A stretch of 64,000 nucleotides of DNA, taken from Candidatus Bathyarchaeota archaeon (GTDB taxonomy: Archaea; Thermoproteota; Bathyarchaeia; Bathyarchaeales; Bathycorpusculaceae). The stretch is taken from assembly GCA_963775685.1 (NCBI GenBank), contig CAVZJV010000014.1, positions 1,408,001-1,472,000 on the forward strand. Direction: 5' to 3'. Made by a program: the position numbers and the translations under genes. The notes below the pieces were generated by a model. That model searched no databases, was not told where the DNA came from, and worked only from the letters and a program-made list of their open reading frames with translations. Of the stretch, positions 53,592 to 63,499 are shown piece by piece (position 1 is the stretch's first letter; every line of letters starts with the position of its first letter).

Positions 53592-55508
53592 ATGGAGCTT
53601 GAATTAATTCTTGTAGCAGTAGCTTCAGCGTTAATCCTCATAGACATAACCTTGCCATTAACATCTAAACCTCTCTACAAAAGGCTGAGCAAATACACTA
53701 TTATTCTAAGTTCACTTGCATTTGTTCTTATACTTTGGTCGTACATTCAACTACTCTTCGCCTTCGTCAGCAATGATTTTTCGTTCTCGAGCGTCTACTC
53801 TTTTAGTTCTTCAAGTCTACCCCTACTGTCGAAGGTCTATGCAAGCTGGGCCGGCGCAGGAGGCTCAATGCTGCTATTATCCATTATCTTAAGCCTTTTC
53901 TACTTTGGTGCAAAATTATCAACCTGCAAAAAGCCTGAAAGGTTCCAAACCGTTTCCAGCCAGATCTTAGGCTTTGTTGTTCTGATATTCCTAACCGTTA
54001 CACTCCTAAGAAACCCATTTGAACGGTTACCTGCCGCTATGGTTGAAGGATTAGGGCTCAATCCCCAACTTCAAAGCTTCTGGATGGCAATCCACCCTCC
54101 AATAGTCTTTTCAGCTTACGCATTTGTTGTCTTAGCGTTTGCCTTAACTCTTGCCAGCTTACACACTAACCAAGAATTGGAAAAAAACATTCTTTTCAAA
54201 ATCTCCACCTACGCATCATGGATTCTTCTAACCATAGGAATAGCGTTAGGAGGAGTATGGGCGTATGCAGTTTTAGGCTGGGGAGGATACTGGGCATGGG
54301 ATCCAGTGGAAACCGCTTCACTTCTGCCTTGGCTAATACTCACCGCCTACTTCCTAACCCGGAATCTCTCAAAGCACAAAACCAGTCTAACACAAGAATC
54401 AATGATTATGCTGACGTTTGCCAGCCTCGTTTTCCTCAGCGCCTTAACCCGCGGCGGTTTAACACAATCCGTCCACTCATACGCCACTTCAGCCATTGGT
54501 CCAATAATGCTTTCCTTCGCCGTCGCCATGATGGGTTTGTTCTTTTTCTTTTCTAAGGGCAAAAAGAAACCTCTCTTAAAACTTGAAGTCGAGCGCGCAT
54601 CGTTGATTTCCCGGTCATCCTATGTGAGCTTTTGGGCGTTAATCCTCATCTCTATAGTTTGCCTCGCTGGGTTGGCTTTCAAGGATTTCCCTTACAGCTA
54701 CTTCATCTACCCCTTCGTGCTGCTGTTTATTATTTCGCTTGCAGGGTTCAGTTTAGACGACAAAACCCACTACGCCCGCCAATTCCTAATTGTAGTTTTT
54801 TCTTTGGTCGCGGGCGGTGTGCTCTCAGCTGTTGGGGTGTTCTCGGTAAATATTCTGCTCACCCTAACTGCGCCCTTGTTCGCGGTAGTGTTTGCTTTAT
54901 TGCTTTACCGCCTTGCTAAGTCAGCAAGAAGAAAAACGTTGCTTTGGCAACGCCTGTTCGGTTTAGCCGTCGTAATTATGTTGCTGGGTGTGTTTGTTAG
55001 TGCAGGCGCAAAAACCTCCACAACCATAACCGACCTAAAACCCAACGTTCCCATAGAAGCTTTGGATGCAACAGTTGAAGTAACTAACCTTAAAATCATC
55101 AATGCAACCTCGGAAGTTTACAACGCCCAAGCCCAAAACATTATCCCGCAGTACTCTGCTGTCACTGCAGACGTAACCATCCGCCAACCAGACGCAACTT
55201 ATAGCGGCGAAGTTTCAGCGAGTTTCTACCCCAACTACGGTTTAGCCCTGACACCGCTAATAGTCAACACCCCATCAGGTGACATCTACGTGCATATGGA
55301 AATCAATGAGGAACTCTACGACATCTTGTCTGCTCAGCTCACTGGCAAAAGCACCACCCCCGCCGCCGTAACATTAACTGTCCAACATGTCCCTATGGTT
55401 TACCTCGTCTGGGTAGGCGTCACGTTGATGGTTGTTTCAATTGTTGCGGAAGGTGCCGTTGACCTACATCGAACAAGGCAGCAACAAAAATTGGTTATCC
55501 GAAGCTGA
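53592..55508 (+). CDS. ccmF: cytochrome c heme lyase CcmF (System I)
   Basis: WAGAGGS, GLNPQLQ..MAIHPP, WGGYWAWDPVETASLLPWL, SVHSY. Confidence 0.92.
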   Translation: MELELILVAVASALILIDITLPLTSKPLYKRLSKYTIILSSLAFVLILWSYIQLLFAFVSNDFSFSSVYSFSSSSLPLLSKVYASWAGAGGSMLLLSIILSLFYFGAKLSTCKKPERFQTVSSQILGFVVLIFLTVTLLRNPFERLPAAMVEGLGLNPQLQSFWMAIHPPIVFSAYAFVVLAFALTLASLHTNQELEKNILFKISTYASWILLTIGIALGGVWAYAVLGWGGYWAWDPVETASLLPWLILTAYFLTRNLSKHKTSLTQESMIMLTFASLVFLSALTRGGLTQSVHSYATSAIGPIMLSFAVAMMGLFFFFSKGKKKPLLKLEVERASLISRSSYVSFWALILISIVCLAGLAFKDFPYSYFIYPFVLLFIISLAGFSLDDKTHYARQFLIVVFSLVAGGVLSAVGVFSVNILLTLTAPLFAVVFALLLYRLAKSARRKTLLWQRLFGLAVVIMLLGVFVSAGAKTSTTITDLKPNVPIEALDATVEVTNLKIINATSEVYNAQAQNIIPQYSAVTADVTIRQPDATYSGEVSASFYPNYGLALTPLIVNTPSGDIYVHMEINEELYDILSAQLTGKSTTPAAVTLTVQHVPMVYLVWVGVTLMVVSIVAEGAVDLHRTRQQQKLVIRS

Positions 55509-55935
55509 TGTGCAGGACATAGTATATGGCGCCTAACCCTAAAGAGAGAATCCAAAGGACAAGGATTTTCCACATAAGCTTCTTTCGTGGTGCACAGAAC
55601 TTGGTGCTGCTGGATTCGTTGATGGCCCAAACCCAAAGTAGCCAGACGCCCAAAACTACCGCAAATGCTCCAATGATGCCGTGGATGACGCCTGATAAAG
55701 CTACAAAGTTAAAGTCAGCTAAAGTTTCAGCGGCCGCGGATACAAACGATGGTCCCATATGTGAAATTAAGAGTAAAACGGTGATTAACATGACTACCAT
55801 CATGGCGTTTCCATGCCAAACCCATTTGCGCTTCTTCACTAGGTAAAGACTTAAACCGATTAAGCCCAGCACCGCCACAAATATGACGATGTTTGCCTGC
55901 GCCATCCATTCATGAACTGCCTCGAAGGTAACCAT
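55495..55935 (-). CDS. DUF420-like 4-TM membrane protein
   Basis: WHGNAM, IHGIIG, LWILSLGLGAIYY. Confidence 0.7.
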   Translation of the reverse strand: MVTFEAVHEWMAQANIVIFVAVLGLIGLSLYLVKKRKWVWHGNAMMVVMLITVLLLISHMGPSFVSAAAETLADFNFVALSGVIHGIIGAFAVVLGVWLLWVWAINESSSTKFCAPRKKLMWKILVLWILSLGLGAIYYVLHISFG

Positions 55936-56074
55936 AGACTCTCTTCCAAAGTTTAATTATGGGCTTTATGTTAAAAAATTTTCATAAAATTAAAGTAACC
56001 TTGGACTATATAAAATTGGAAATCTTAATAAAGACTGGCTTTCAAATTCTAAGTGGCAGTAAGGGGTTTATTTT

Positions 56075-57515
56075 ATGGCGGCAGAGCAAGAAGCTATTAA
56101 AGCGGATGCTGAAGATACTACTTCTGTTGATTTAAAATCAGCTGATTCGGTGGCAAAATACTGGTGGTATGGGGCGCTGTTATCGTTCCCGATTTTCACC
56201 ACTTTCGGCATGATCATGGCTATAAAATTTTTCTACCCAACTTTTCTGATTGACTCCGCCTGGGACACATTTGGACGTATAAGACCCGCCCACGTCAACG
56301 GATTACTATTCGGGTTTTTATCTTCCGGCCTAATCGGCTCAATGTATTATATAACGCCTCGACTCAGCCACAAATCACTCTTCCAACCCCTAATCGGCAA
56401 AGCTTCCGCAGTATTGTGGAACGTAGCAGTTTTAGCCGGTGTACTTCTCATCCTAAGCGGCGACACCCAAGCACGTGAATACGCTGAAATGCCCTGGGTC
56501 GTGGACATTGCAATTGTAATAACTTTGATTTTAATTGGAATAACAATTATAGGTACAATAATCAAACGCAGAGAACGAAAACTCTACGTAAGCCTCTGGT
56601 TCTTCGCTGCCATCTTCCTATGGTTTCCCATAGTTTATTCTATAGGAAACGTCATTTGGAACCCGCCTTCGGGAGCACTTTACGGTTTAACCGATGCCAT
56701 CGTTAACTGGTTCTACGGACACAACGTTTTAGGACTTTGGTTCACGCCTTTCGGGTTAGCTCTTTGGTACTACTTTATTCCCAAGATCTCCAAACGCGCC
56801 CTCTACAGCGTCACCCTATCTTTAATCAGCTTCTTCGCCTTAGCATTTTTCTACACCGGCGTCGGCGGACACCACCTTCTCCAATCCTCCATCCCTGAAT
56901 GGCTCAAAACAATCGCCGTTGCCACCAGCGGACTCATGATGATCTCCGTTTTAACTTTCGCCACAAACATCGGCATGACCCTCAGAGGCGCATGGAAAGA
57001 AATCATGAGCAACGTGCCGTTGCGCTTCATAGTTTTCGGCTTCATATGCTATATATTCGTCTCGATACAGGGCACCTTCCAAGCCCTCAGAGACATGAAC
57101 ATATACCTTTCACTACTCACAGTGGACAGTTATGCACTCCCACCTTGCCCTGTACGCTTCCTTCGGAGTGACAATCATGGGCATAATGTTCTGGGCAATT
57201 CCCAGAGTCACCCAAAAACAACTCTGGAGCAAAAAACTAATGGATGTAACTTGGTGGGTTACAATTTTGGGATTCGTGATTTTCATGTTAGGTATGATGC
57301 TGGCGGGGCTAGTTGCCAACGCCAACTGGTTCACTCACCAAACAATAGCTCAAGCACTTCCAACTCTGGAACCATACTTCATGGTCCGAGCTATCGGCGG
57401 AGGCATAGTGGTTGTTTCCGCTTTCCTCTTCGCCATCAACATCATCATGACTGTAATTTCAAGACAGCGGACATCCGCTATCCAAATGGATGAAGACAAA
57501 ATCGAGGTGCCTTAG
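56075..57515 (+). CDS. ccoN: cbb3-type (C-family) heme-copper oxidase subunit I; one extra T near 57110 shifts the frame
   Basis: FGRIRPAHVN, REYAEMP, WFYGHN, YTGVGGHH; after the indel, YLHYSQWTVMHSH, so all six His ligands are present. Confidence 0.85.
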
Positions 57516-57517
57516 CA

Positions 57518-59105
57518 ATGACCGCGACAGAAAAGAAACTTGAAGAGCAACTGGAAAAAGTTGAGAAAACCGTCGACAACCAAATGCGAAAAACGAAGAA
57601 GAAAATTGTTATAAGAAACCTATTTCCAATCGTAGCCGGCGGCGTAGCAGTCTTTCTGCTCATGGTAAGTATGGTTGTAGTTGCTCCATACATGTTCCTC
57701 CTCGATGTTCCCCCCTCCGACACCGCCCACACCTACATCACCCAAGAACAGGAAGGGAGAACGCTATTCATGAATTTAGGCTGCTTCTACTGCCACTCCC
57801 AACAGGTTCGCGCCGCCGACTGGGGCTTGGGCAACGTTTCGCAGGAAGGCGACTACGTGTACGACAGTCCCAACGCCTTAGGCACCGAACGCACGGGTCC
57901 CGATTTAGCTCAGATTGGGGGGATGCGACCCACAATTTGGCATCACCTACATGACCGAGATCCCCGAAGCGTAAGCCCCGGCTCAATCATGCCCAACTTT
58001 GTTTTCCTAAGTGACGCACAAATCGACGCCTTAACCGCTTACATCCAGAATTTGGGTCAAGAAAACCTCCAAGTTGAATCCTCAATCACTAACGGTTCGG
58101 CATATCACCCTGTGGTTCCGGAAAATTATCTTAACGCCTCAAACCAATTTGGACCCATTTACTTTGATGTTTTGGCACAGTACGACGCAGACAACGACGT
58201 CTACAATGGACCAGTTTCGCTTGGAGACCAATGGACGGCAATATATGACGTCGCCAAAGCAGACTACACCGCACGTTGCCTACCCTGCCACGGATGCTCG
58301 GGAAACGCTCAGGGACCATACGCTCGCCATGTCGTCACTCAACCGGCAAACCTCCACGAACGAATAGCCACCTTCCCCGGCGACAACTATCATATCTGGC
58401 GTGTGACTGAAGGCGTGCCTGGAACAGCTATGCCGGCATGGGGGTTAAGTCTTAATGATACGCAAATTCAGATGATTGCCGTTTACGAGATGAGTTTTGT
58501 TTTTGGCTCCGCAAGAACCTTCGACGGAGCAATCTCTGATGCTGAAGGAGACGCTTTTGCGCAGTCAACGCTTAATTCACCTCCGATTGCTGGCACGCAG
58601 CAGGAGTTCCAGAATGGAAATGACCTCTTTAACCTGTATTGTGCCCAATGCCACGGCGTGGACGGACAAGGCGACGGACCCGCCTCAGGTGAAGTACCAG
58701 GCGGATACATAGTGCCGGTTCCAGCGAACTTTGCTGGTCAGGAAGCACTTCCAAATGTATGGCAGATACGTCTGGAAAGTCAAAGAAGGCGTAGAAACAA
58801 CTAACATGCCGCCGTGGAAAAATGCTTTAACAGACAATGAAATCTACCAGCTCGTGTTCTACATCCAAAGCTTCGCAACACCACAAGACTACAACGCCAA
58901 ATGGGGCCCCCAATACAGCGACCCCTACGCAAGAAACCTGAAAATCAACCAAGCCAGCATAGGCGCCAACCCAGCCGCCGCCCTGACCTTGCTAGCCGCC
59001 ATCGTACTTTGGGACAAGAAATTTAACCGACAAAAAATTTACTTCAAAAATGGGCGGCATAAAAAATTGACAGGTTTAATCGGTTTTGGGAGGGTTAAAC
59101 TTTGA
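57518..59105 (+). CDS. ccoO: CcoO-like subunit fused to two further cytochrome c domains (three hemes); frameshift near 58740
   Basis: GCFYCHSQQVR, GTERTGPDL, PRSVSPGSIMP; CLPCH..GTAMPAW; CAQCH..TNMPPW. Confidence 0.85.
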
Positions 59106-59254
59106 ATTTCGACATGCTAATTTACATAATCGGCGCGCTAATTATAACTCTAATCACCTCGGGCTTCGTAGTTTGGGCCTTTAAAACTAAACAATTCGAG
59201 TCAAACGATTTTCTCCGTTACTACCCTCTTGAGGAGGATCAAAACCAACAATGA
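59102..59254 (+). CDS. ccoS: CcoS/FixS-like cbb3 assembly protein (50 aa, not in the ORF track)
   Basis: MNFDMLIYIIGALIITLITSGFVVWAFKTKQFESNDFLRYYPLEED; WA...QF motif; overlaps both neighbours by 4 nt. Confidence 0.72.
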   Translation: MNFDMLIYIIGALIITLITSGFVVWAFKTKQFESNDFLRYYPLEEDQNQQ

Positions 59255-59535
59255 GCTACCTACCAACCGCAAAAATAGTCGAGTTAGCCCCCTACGATAT
59301 CTATTTAGCCCTGTTTCTAATCGCAGCGGTAATAATAGCCATCGTGTTGATTGTCAGAAGCTCCGATGAATACTCTGTTGAGAAAACCGAGAAAAACTCT
59401 GAAGAATTCGCAGGTGAAATACGGGACTCTCAGGGGCCAGTTACAAAATGGTTATGGGCAGTCTACATTGTTCTGATTATTTGGGCTATTGCTTATTTGG
59501 CTCAGCACTGGAGTGAATTCGCAACCTTCCCATAA
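59251..59535 (+). CDS. small two-TM protein resembling the CcoP N-terminal anchor
   Basis: EEFAGEIRDSQGPVTKWLW resembles the CcoP_N pattern HE-DGI-E-DNP-P-WW. Confidence 0.6.
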   Translation: MSYLPTAKIVELAPYDIYLALFLIAAVIIAIVLIVRSSDEYSVEKTEKNSEEFAGEIRDSQGPVTKWLWAVYIVLIIWAIAYLAQHWSEFATFP

Positions 59536-59715
59536 TTTTTTAAGTTCATAAGCATTTTTGCTTCAAACCCCTTTTTTTGTACCCGCTTAGTTAACGCTCA
59601 GAGATATGTGGCGATAGGACAAGCACCTTTTCAAACGCGTCCAGTTTTCACCCGATTGAGGATGGATAGTTCAATGGAACAAAACAGAGCGCAAGTTAGT
59701 TTTTAAGAAGCAAGC

Positions 59716-59773
59716 GGACGGGGGATTTAAACCCAGACCAAAGTGGAGATATCACCGCATATTCCCTTTTTTT
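59716..59773. repeat. right copy of the ~55-bp direct repeat with tRNA-3'-end-like core
   Basis: ggacgggggatttaaacccagaccaaagtggagatatcaccgcatattcccttttttt. Confidence 0.8.
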
Positions 59774-60426
59774 AATTGTAATCTCTTCACGTTAATGAAA
59801 TTAATCGTGGTGTTCTTCGTGGACTACTATAGTGCGTCTACGTCCATACCCCCGCGAGATTCCCTATCACTACGGAATTACGTGCGGCAACCAAAAATAC
59901 TATGCCTGCGTCCACTAAGTCAGCACAATTCCTCTGCTACAAGTCCATGCTGCTAAACTCGTTCAGCATTAAATTACAGTTAAAGGAAGGTAGCCCGGAT
60001 TTGGTGAGGGCAACGACGCTTACACCCTTCAGGTTTTAAGATTCATAGGATTCATAGATGAAACAAAAACTCTTACTAAATTGGATTTGGGATTGGATTT
60101 GGCTGAGGGTTAGGGGTTGGTTTAGGGTTAGGGGGTTCTTCTCCAATTGTGACGCTTATCGATTTTTTCATGATTTCCATCTTGTTATACACTTCTTTTA
60201 TTGTTTACCATGATAGAATATGTTTCAAAAGGAATATGCATTTTGGTCCGCGTGTCTTCTGGGTTCTTGTTTTCTTTGTTCTCGATAAATAGTTGCTACA
60301 GGGGTTTTTATTTTCTTTCCAAAAAATGGTTGCGCCAAAGTCTCTTAATTCCATCCGACCCGCTTTTTAGGGGTTTTTGACGTCTTCTGTATCTCAACTA
60401 AATAAACCTCAAAAGAAAAATACTAC

Positions 60427-60699
60427 TTGGTTAATTCAATTCTAGAGAAAAATAATGTTGTTAGAGGTTCAAACATCACAAAATGGGAGTATGTCCCAAT
60501 AGCTTTGGTGAAAGGAATCCTGGATGCCGGTGTCAAAACACAAGAAGAGTTGTTGAATAAATATGGTTTAGATGGGTGGGAATTGGTTTCTATTGTTGTG
60601 CTTCAAATTAATCAAAGTTTTGAAGTAGTTGCTTATCTAAAACGACAATTAAGAAGCGAAAGCGAACTTGCTAATAATGAACCGAAAGGTAACAGCTAA
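60427..60699 (+). CDS. DUF4177-like small protein (start uncertain)
   Basis: KWEY...ELLNKYGLDGWELVSI...YLKR. Confidence 0.78.
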   Translation: MVNSILEKNNVVRGSNITKWEYVPIALVKGILDAGVKTQEELLNKYGLDGWELVSIVVLQINQSFEVVAYLKRQLRSESELANNEPKGNS

Positions 60700-60809
60700 A
60701 AGAAATTATCGTTGTTTGCTTGGAAACTATTTGAAAAAGGGTTTTTGCAGCTAGATTGCCCATAATCCTCATGCGAGGTGTTCCAGGCTAACTGGCTTGC
60801 CCTGGCCTT

Positions 60810-60992
60810 TTACATAGGCTTCTTATAATTTAGTAATTGGGTTTTAGGAGGGGCGGCTTTGTTGATCCATGTTTTTATTGCTTCTTGGGCCGCTTTGGAT
60901 AAGTCGCCTTTTTTGCCTCCGAATTGCTCTACGGTTTTTAATCTGAACTGTTTTTCTAAGTCGTCTGAGATGTCTATGTTGATGCGGCCCAT
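60810..60992 (-). CDS. ribbon-helix-helix (CopG-like) DNA-binding protein
   Basis: MGRINIDISDDLEKQFR...GDLSKAAQEAIKTWI. Confidence 0.75.
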   Translation of the reverse strand: MGRINIDISDDLEKQFRLKTVEQFGGKKGDLSKAAQEAIKTWINKAAPPKTQLLNYKKPM

Positions 60993-61110
60993 TTTAGTCA
61001 CTTGTTTTTGCTGGTTAGATGTTGTTGTGATAAGCGAGTAGCCAATTTTTGTTTTCGATTTTTGTGTTTGTCATGTTTTTCCCTTTAAGATCCGCTTATC
61101 CACATTAGTA

Positions 61111-61153
61111 TATAAGTGTATACACACTTATAAGTGTATGTGTTTAAGTGTAT
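61111..61153. promoter_or_regulatory. operator-like array upstream of the RHH gene
   Basis: TAAGTGTAT at 61113, 61131 and 61145; perfect 14-bp palindrome ACACTTATAAGTGT at 61124-61137. Confidence 0.55.
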
Positions 61154-61390
61154 AAAATATCCATGGATCCTGCAACGTACGCTGTTATAAAGCAAAAAGG
61201 CGGTGGTACCAAGGCCCTCCAAAATCTGGACCCATATAAGAAGAGAGGTCTTCCGCCTAGAATCTAATCATCAGAACATATAAAATAGAATAATTATTTT
61301 TGAATCTGACTTATCCCATGGTGCCCAATCTGTGGGAAGGCCTTTGAATACTTTTAAGCTTGTTGTTTCAGTTCTTTTTGTGGGATATTC

Positions 61391-61966
61391 ATGGATTTTA
61401 TGGATGTTATATCGGCAAGGAAAAGCGTTCGCGGCTACACGGATAAGCCAGTTGAAGAAGAGAAGCTCTCGAAAATTCTCGAAGTTGCCAGATTGGCGCC
61501 TTCATGGGCGAACAAACAATGCTGCAGATACATCGTTGTCAAGGATAAAACCAAAATTCAAGAGCTGTCGGAAAGATTCGACTGGCTCAAGAAGGCTCTC
61601 GTTATCATTGTTGCATGCGCTGATCCTAAAGATTCCGGTGACCGAAACGGCATGAACTATTACCTCGTAGATGTGGGCATATCTATGCAGCAGCTGGTTT
61701 TGGCGGCAACCAATTTAGAACTCGGAACATGCTGGATTGGCGCCTTTGACGAGGCAAAAGTCAAAAAGGCTTTGGGTGTTCCGGAAAACATCAAGGTCGT
61801 GGCGATGACTCCTTTGGGTTACCCCGCTGAAAAAGAGGGCATTGGCAGCGGCAAAAGAAAACCTCTTGAAGAAATCGTTCACCACGAAAAATGGTGCAGC
61901 CAAAGGTGCCGAACAATGTTCGTTGTGTCTGGGGGCGACAACAAGCTGTTCAGAAAGAGACAGTAA
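61391..61966 (+). CDS. nitroreductase family protein
   Basis: RKSVRGY, APSWANKQ, LGTCWIG, PLGYP, RKPLEEIV. Confidence 0.92.
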   Translation: MDFMDVISARKSVRGYTDKPVEEEKLSKILEVARLAPSWANKQCCRYIVVKDKTKIQELSERFDWLKKALVIIVACADPKDSGDRNGMNYYLVDVGISMQQLVLAATNLELGTCWIGAFDEAKVKKALGVPENIKVVAMTPLGYPAEKEGIGSGKRKPLEEIVHHEKWCSQRCRTMFVVSGGDNKLFRKRQ

Positions 61967-62002
61967 GCAACAAAACATCACTAAAATGACTGGGAGTTAT
62001 TC

Positions 62003-62079
62003 TGGTGGACTGGGGGGGATTTGAACCCCCGACCTCTTGAGTGCAAGTCAAGCGTTCATGCCAGCTGAACTACCAGCCC
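62003..62079 (-). tRNA. tRNA-Ala(TGC) with encoded CCA
   Basis: GGGCTGGTAGTTCAGCTGG...CTTGA-CTTGCAC-TCAAG...GGTTCAAATCC...CCAGTCCACCA; G3:U70 alanine identity pair. Confidence 0.96.
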
Positions 62080-62196
62080 ATAGACTTGCATTCCCGAATC
62101 AGATACGATTCCTTGATATTTAGGTTTTGCCAGCAAAAGGCAATTGCTTAAAATGTTATATCCCTAAAACACTAAACAGTAGTTAGGAGGCTTAAA

Positions 62197-62682
62197 GTGG
62201 AGTTAAGAACAGTAAAAATTGACCCGCCTAAAGACTGTAACACCATAGTTGGCATGTCGCATTTCATAAAAACCGCCGAAGACCTCTACGAAGCTCTGGT
62301 GAATTCTGTTCCAAACATCCAATTCGGTTTGGGCTTCTGTGAAAGCTCAGGACTTTGTCTTGTCCGCCATGAAGGAAACGATCCGGAACTGAGACGACTG
62401 GCAGCGGAGAAAGCCTTTGAAATCGGCTGCGGCCACAGCTTTCTGATCTTCGTAAAGAACGCTTATCCACTTAACGTTTTGGATAAAATAAAGAAAGTAC
62501 CTGAAGTATGCACTGTTTACGCTGCTACTGCTAATCCGCTTGAAGTAGTAATCGCTGAGACCGAGCAGGGCAGAGGCATAATCGGCGTTGTAGATGGGTT
62601 AAAGAGCAAAGGAATAGAAACCGAAGAGGAACTCGTTAAGCGCAGAGGGTTTCTGCGGAAAATAGGTTACAAACTGGGGTAA
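62197..62682 (+). CDS. DUF355 / adenosine-specific kinase family protein
   Basis: SHFIKTAEDL, FCESSG, AYPLN, ATANP, GRGIIGVVDG, LRKIGYK. Confidence 0.88.
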   Translation: MELRTVKIDPPKDCNTIVGMSHFIKTAEDLYEALVNSVPNIQFGLGFCESSGLCLVRHEGNDPELRRLAAEKAFEIGCGHSFLIFVKNAYPLNVLDKIKKVPEVCTVYAATANPLEVVIAETEQGRGIIGVVDGLKSKGIETEEELVKRRGFLRKIGYKLG

Positions 62683-62689
62683 AGGCGTT

Positions 62690-63380
62690 ATTTTTCCCAA
62701 GACAGAACTGTATGAAACAAGGATTCAGATATGTTTCCACCCGTCAACACCAAAGCAACCGTTTGCCGACAAATAATTCCTTATTTTCTAAAAGCAACGC
62801 AACGGACGCGGCTCCTGAACACTCTACAACCTGCTTTTCATTTTCCCAAAGCAAATAAATCGCATGCCGGATCGATACTTCCCTAATTGGGATTACTTCA
62901 TCAACATATTGCTGAACTAACATGAAAGTTATCGAACCTTTCTCTACGCCTCCTGAAAGCCCCTCCGCAACGGTTGTTGGTTCATGCCTGTGTGGCTTAA
63001 TGATTTGACCTGACTTTAAGGATTCAAACATTATGGGTACCGCCGCGGACTAAACTCCAAAAACTTTCACGGTTGGCTTAAGGCTGGAAACAACAATTTT
63101 AACTTTAAAAGCCAGCACTTTTGCCCCAAAAGCCTCCGCTTTCCTTGGTTGCCATCAGAAGCTGTCACGACACTCTGACTTTCTCCTCAGAGGTCAAGTT
63201 AAGTAGCTTGTTTAGGACTCCTCGCACCTTGAATGAGTGGGTTACTTGCAGATTTTCGAGTTTTAAGTACACTTTGGCGCTAAATAGTTCGCTAAGAATT
63301 TTGAGCTAATAAGAGGTGTGGTTTTTGTCCATGTCGCTATGGTTTTTTGTGCTGATTCTATGTCCTGAAGTGTGACTATG
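62690..63380 (-). pseudogene. threonine/serine dehydratase remnant (frameshifts, stop, internal deletion)
   Basis: [40 protein letters not shown] pieces; the middle is missing. Confidence 0.8.
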
Positions 63381-63499
63381 GTGTCGCTTGAAAAATCGAT
63401 TGCTTACTTGCCAAGGATATTACCGTAACCTATTTAGTTTACTTAGGAATCAAACCTTAACAGATTAAGCGATGTGTTTTTATGGCTTATGAAAGGAAC

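Noticed and set aside
60080-60137. Telomere-like TTAGGG/GGGTT tract
   Set aside because: Only two or three imperfect copies; explained by Pro/Asn codons on the minus strand
61895-61966. Cys-containing C-terminal extension of the nitroreductase
   Set aside because: Family members typically end at HxEKW; likely loss of the stop codon rather than a new domain
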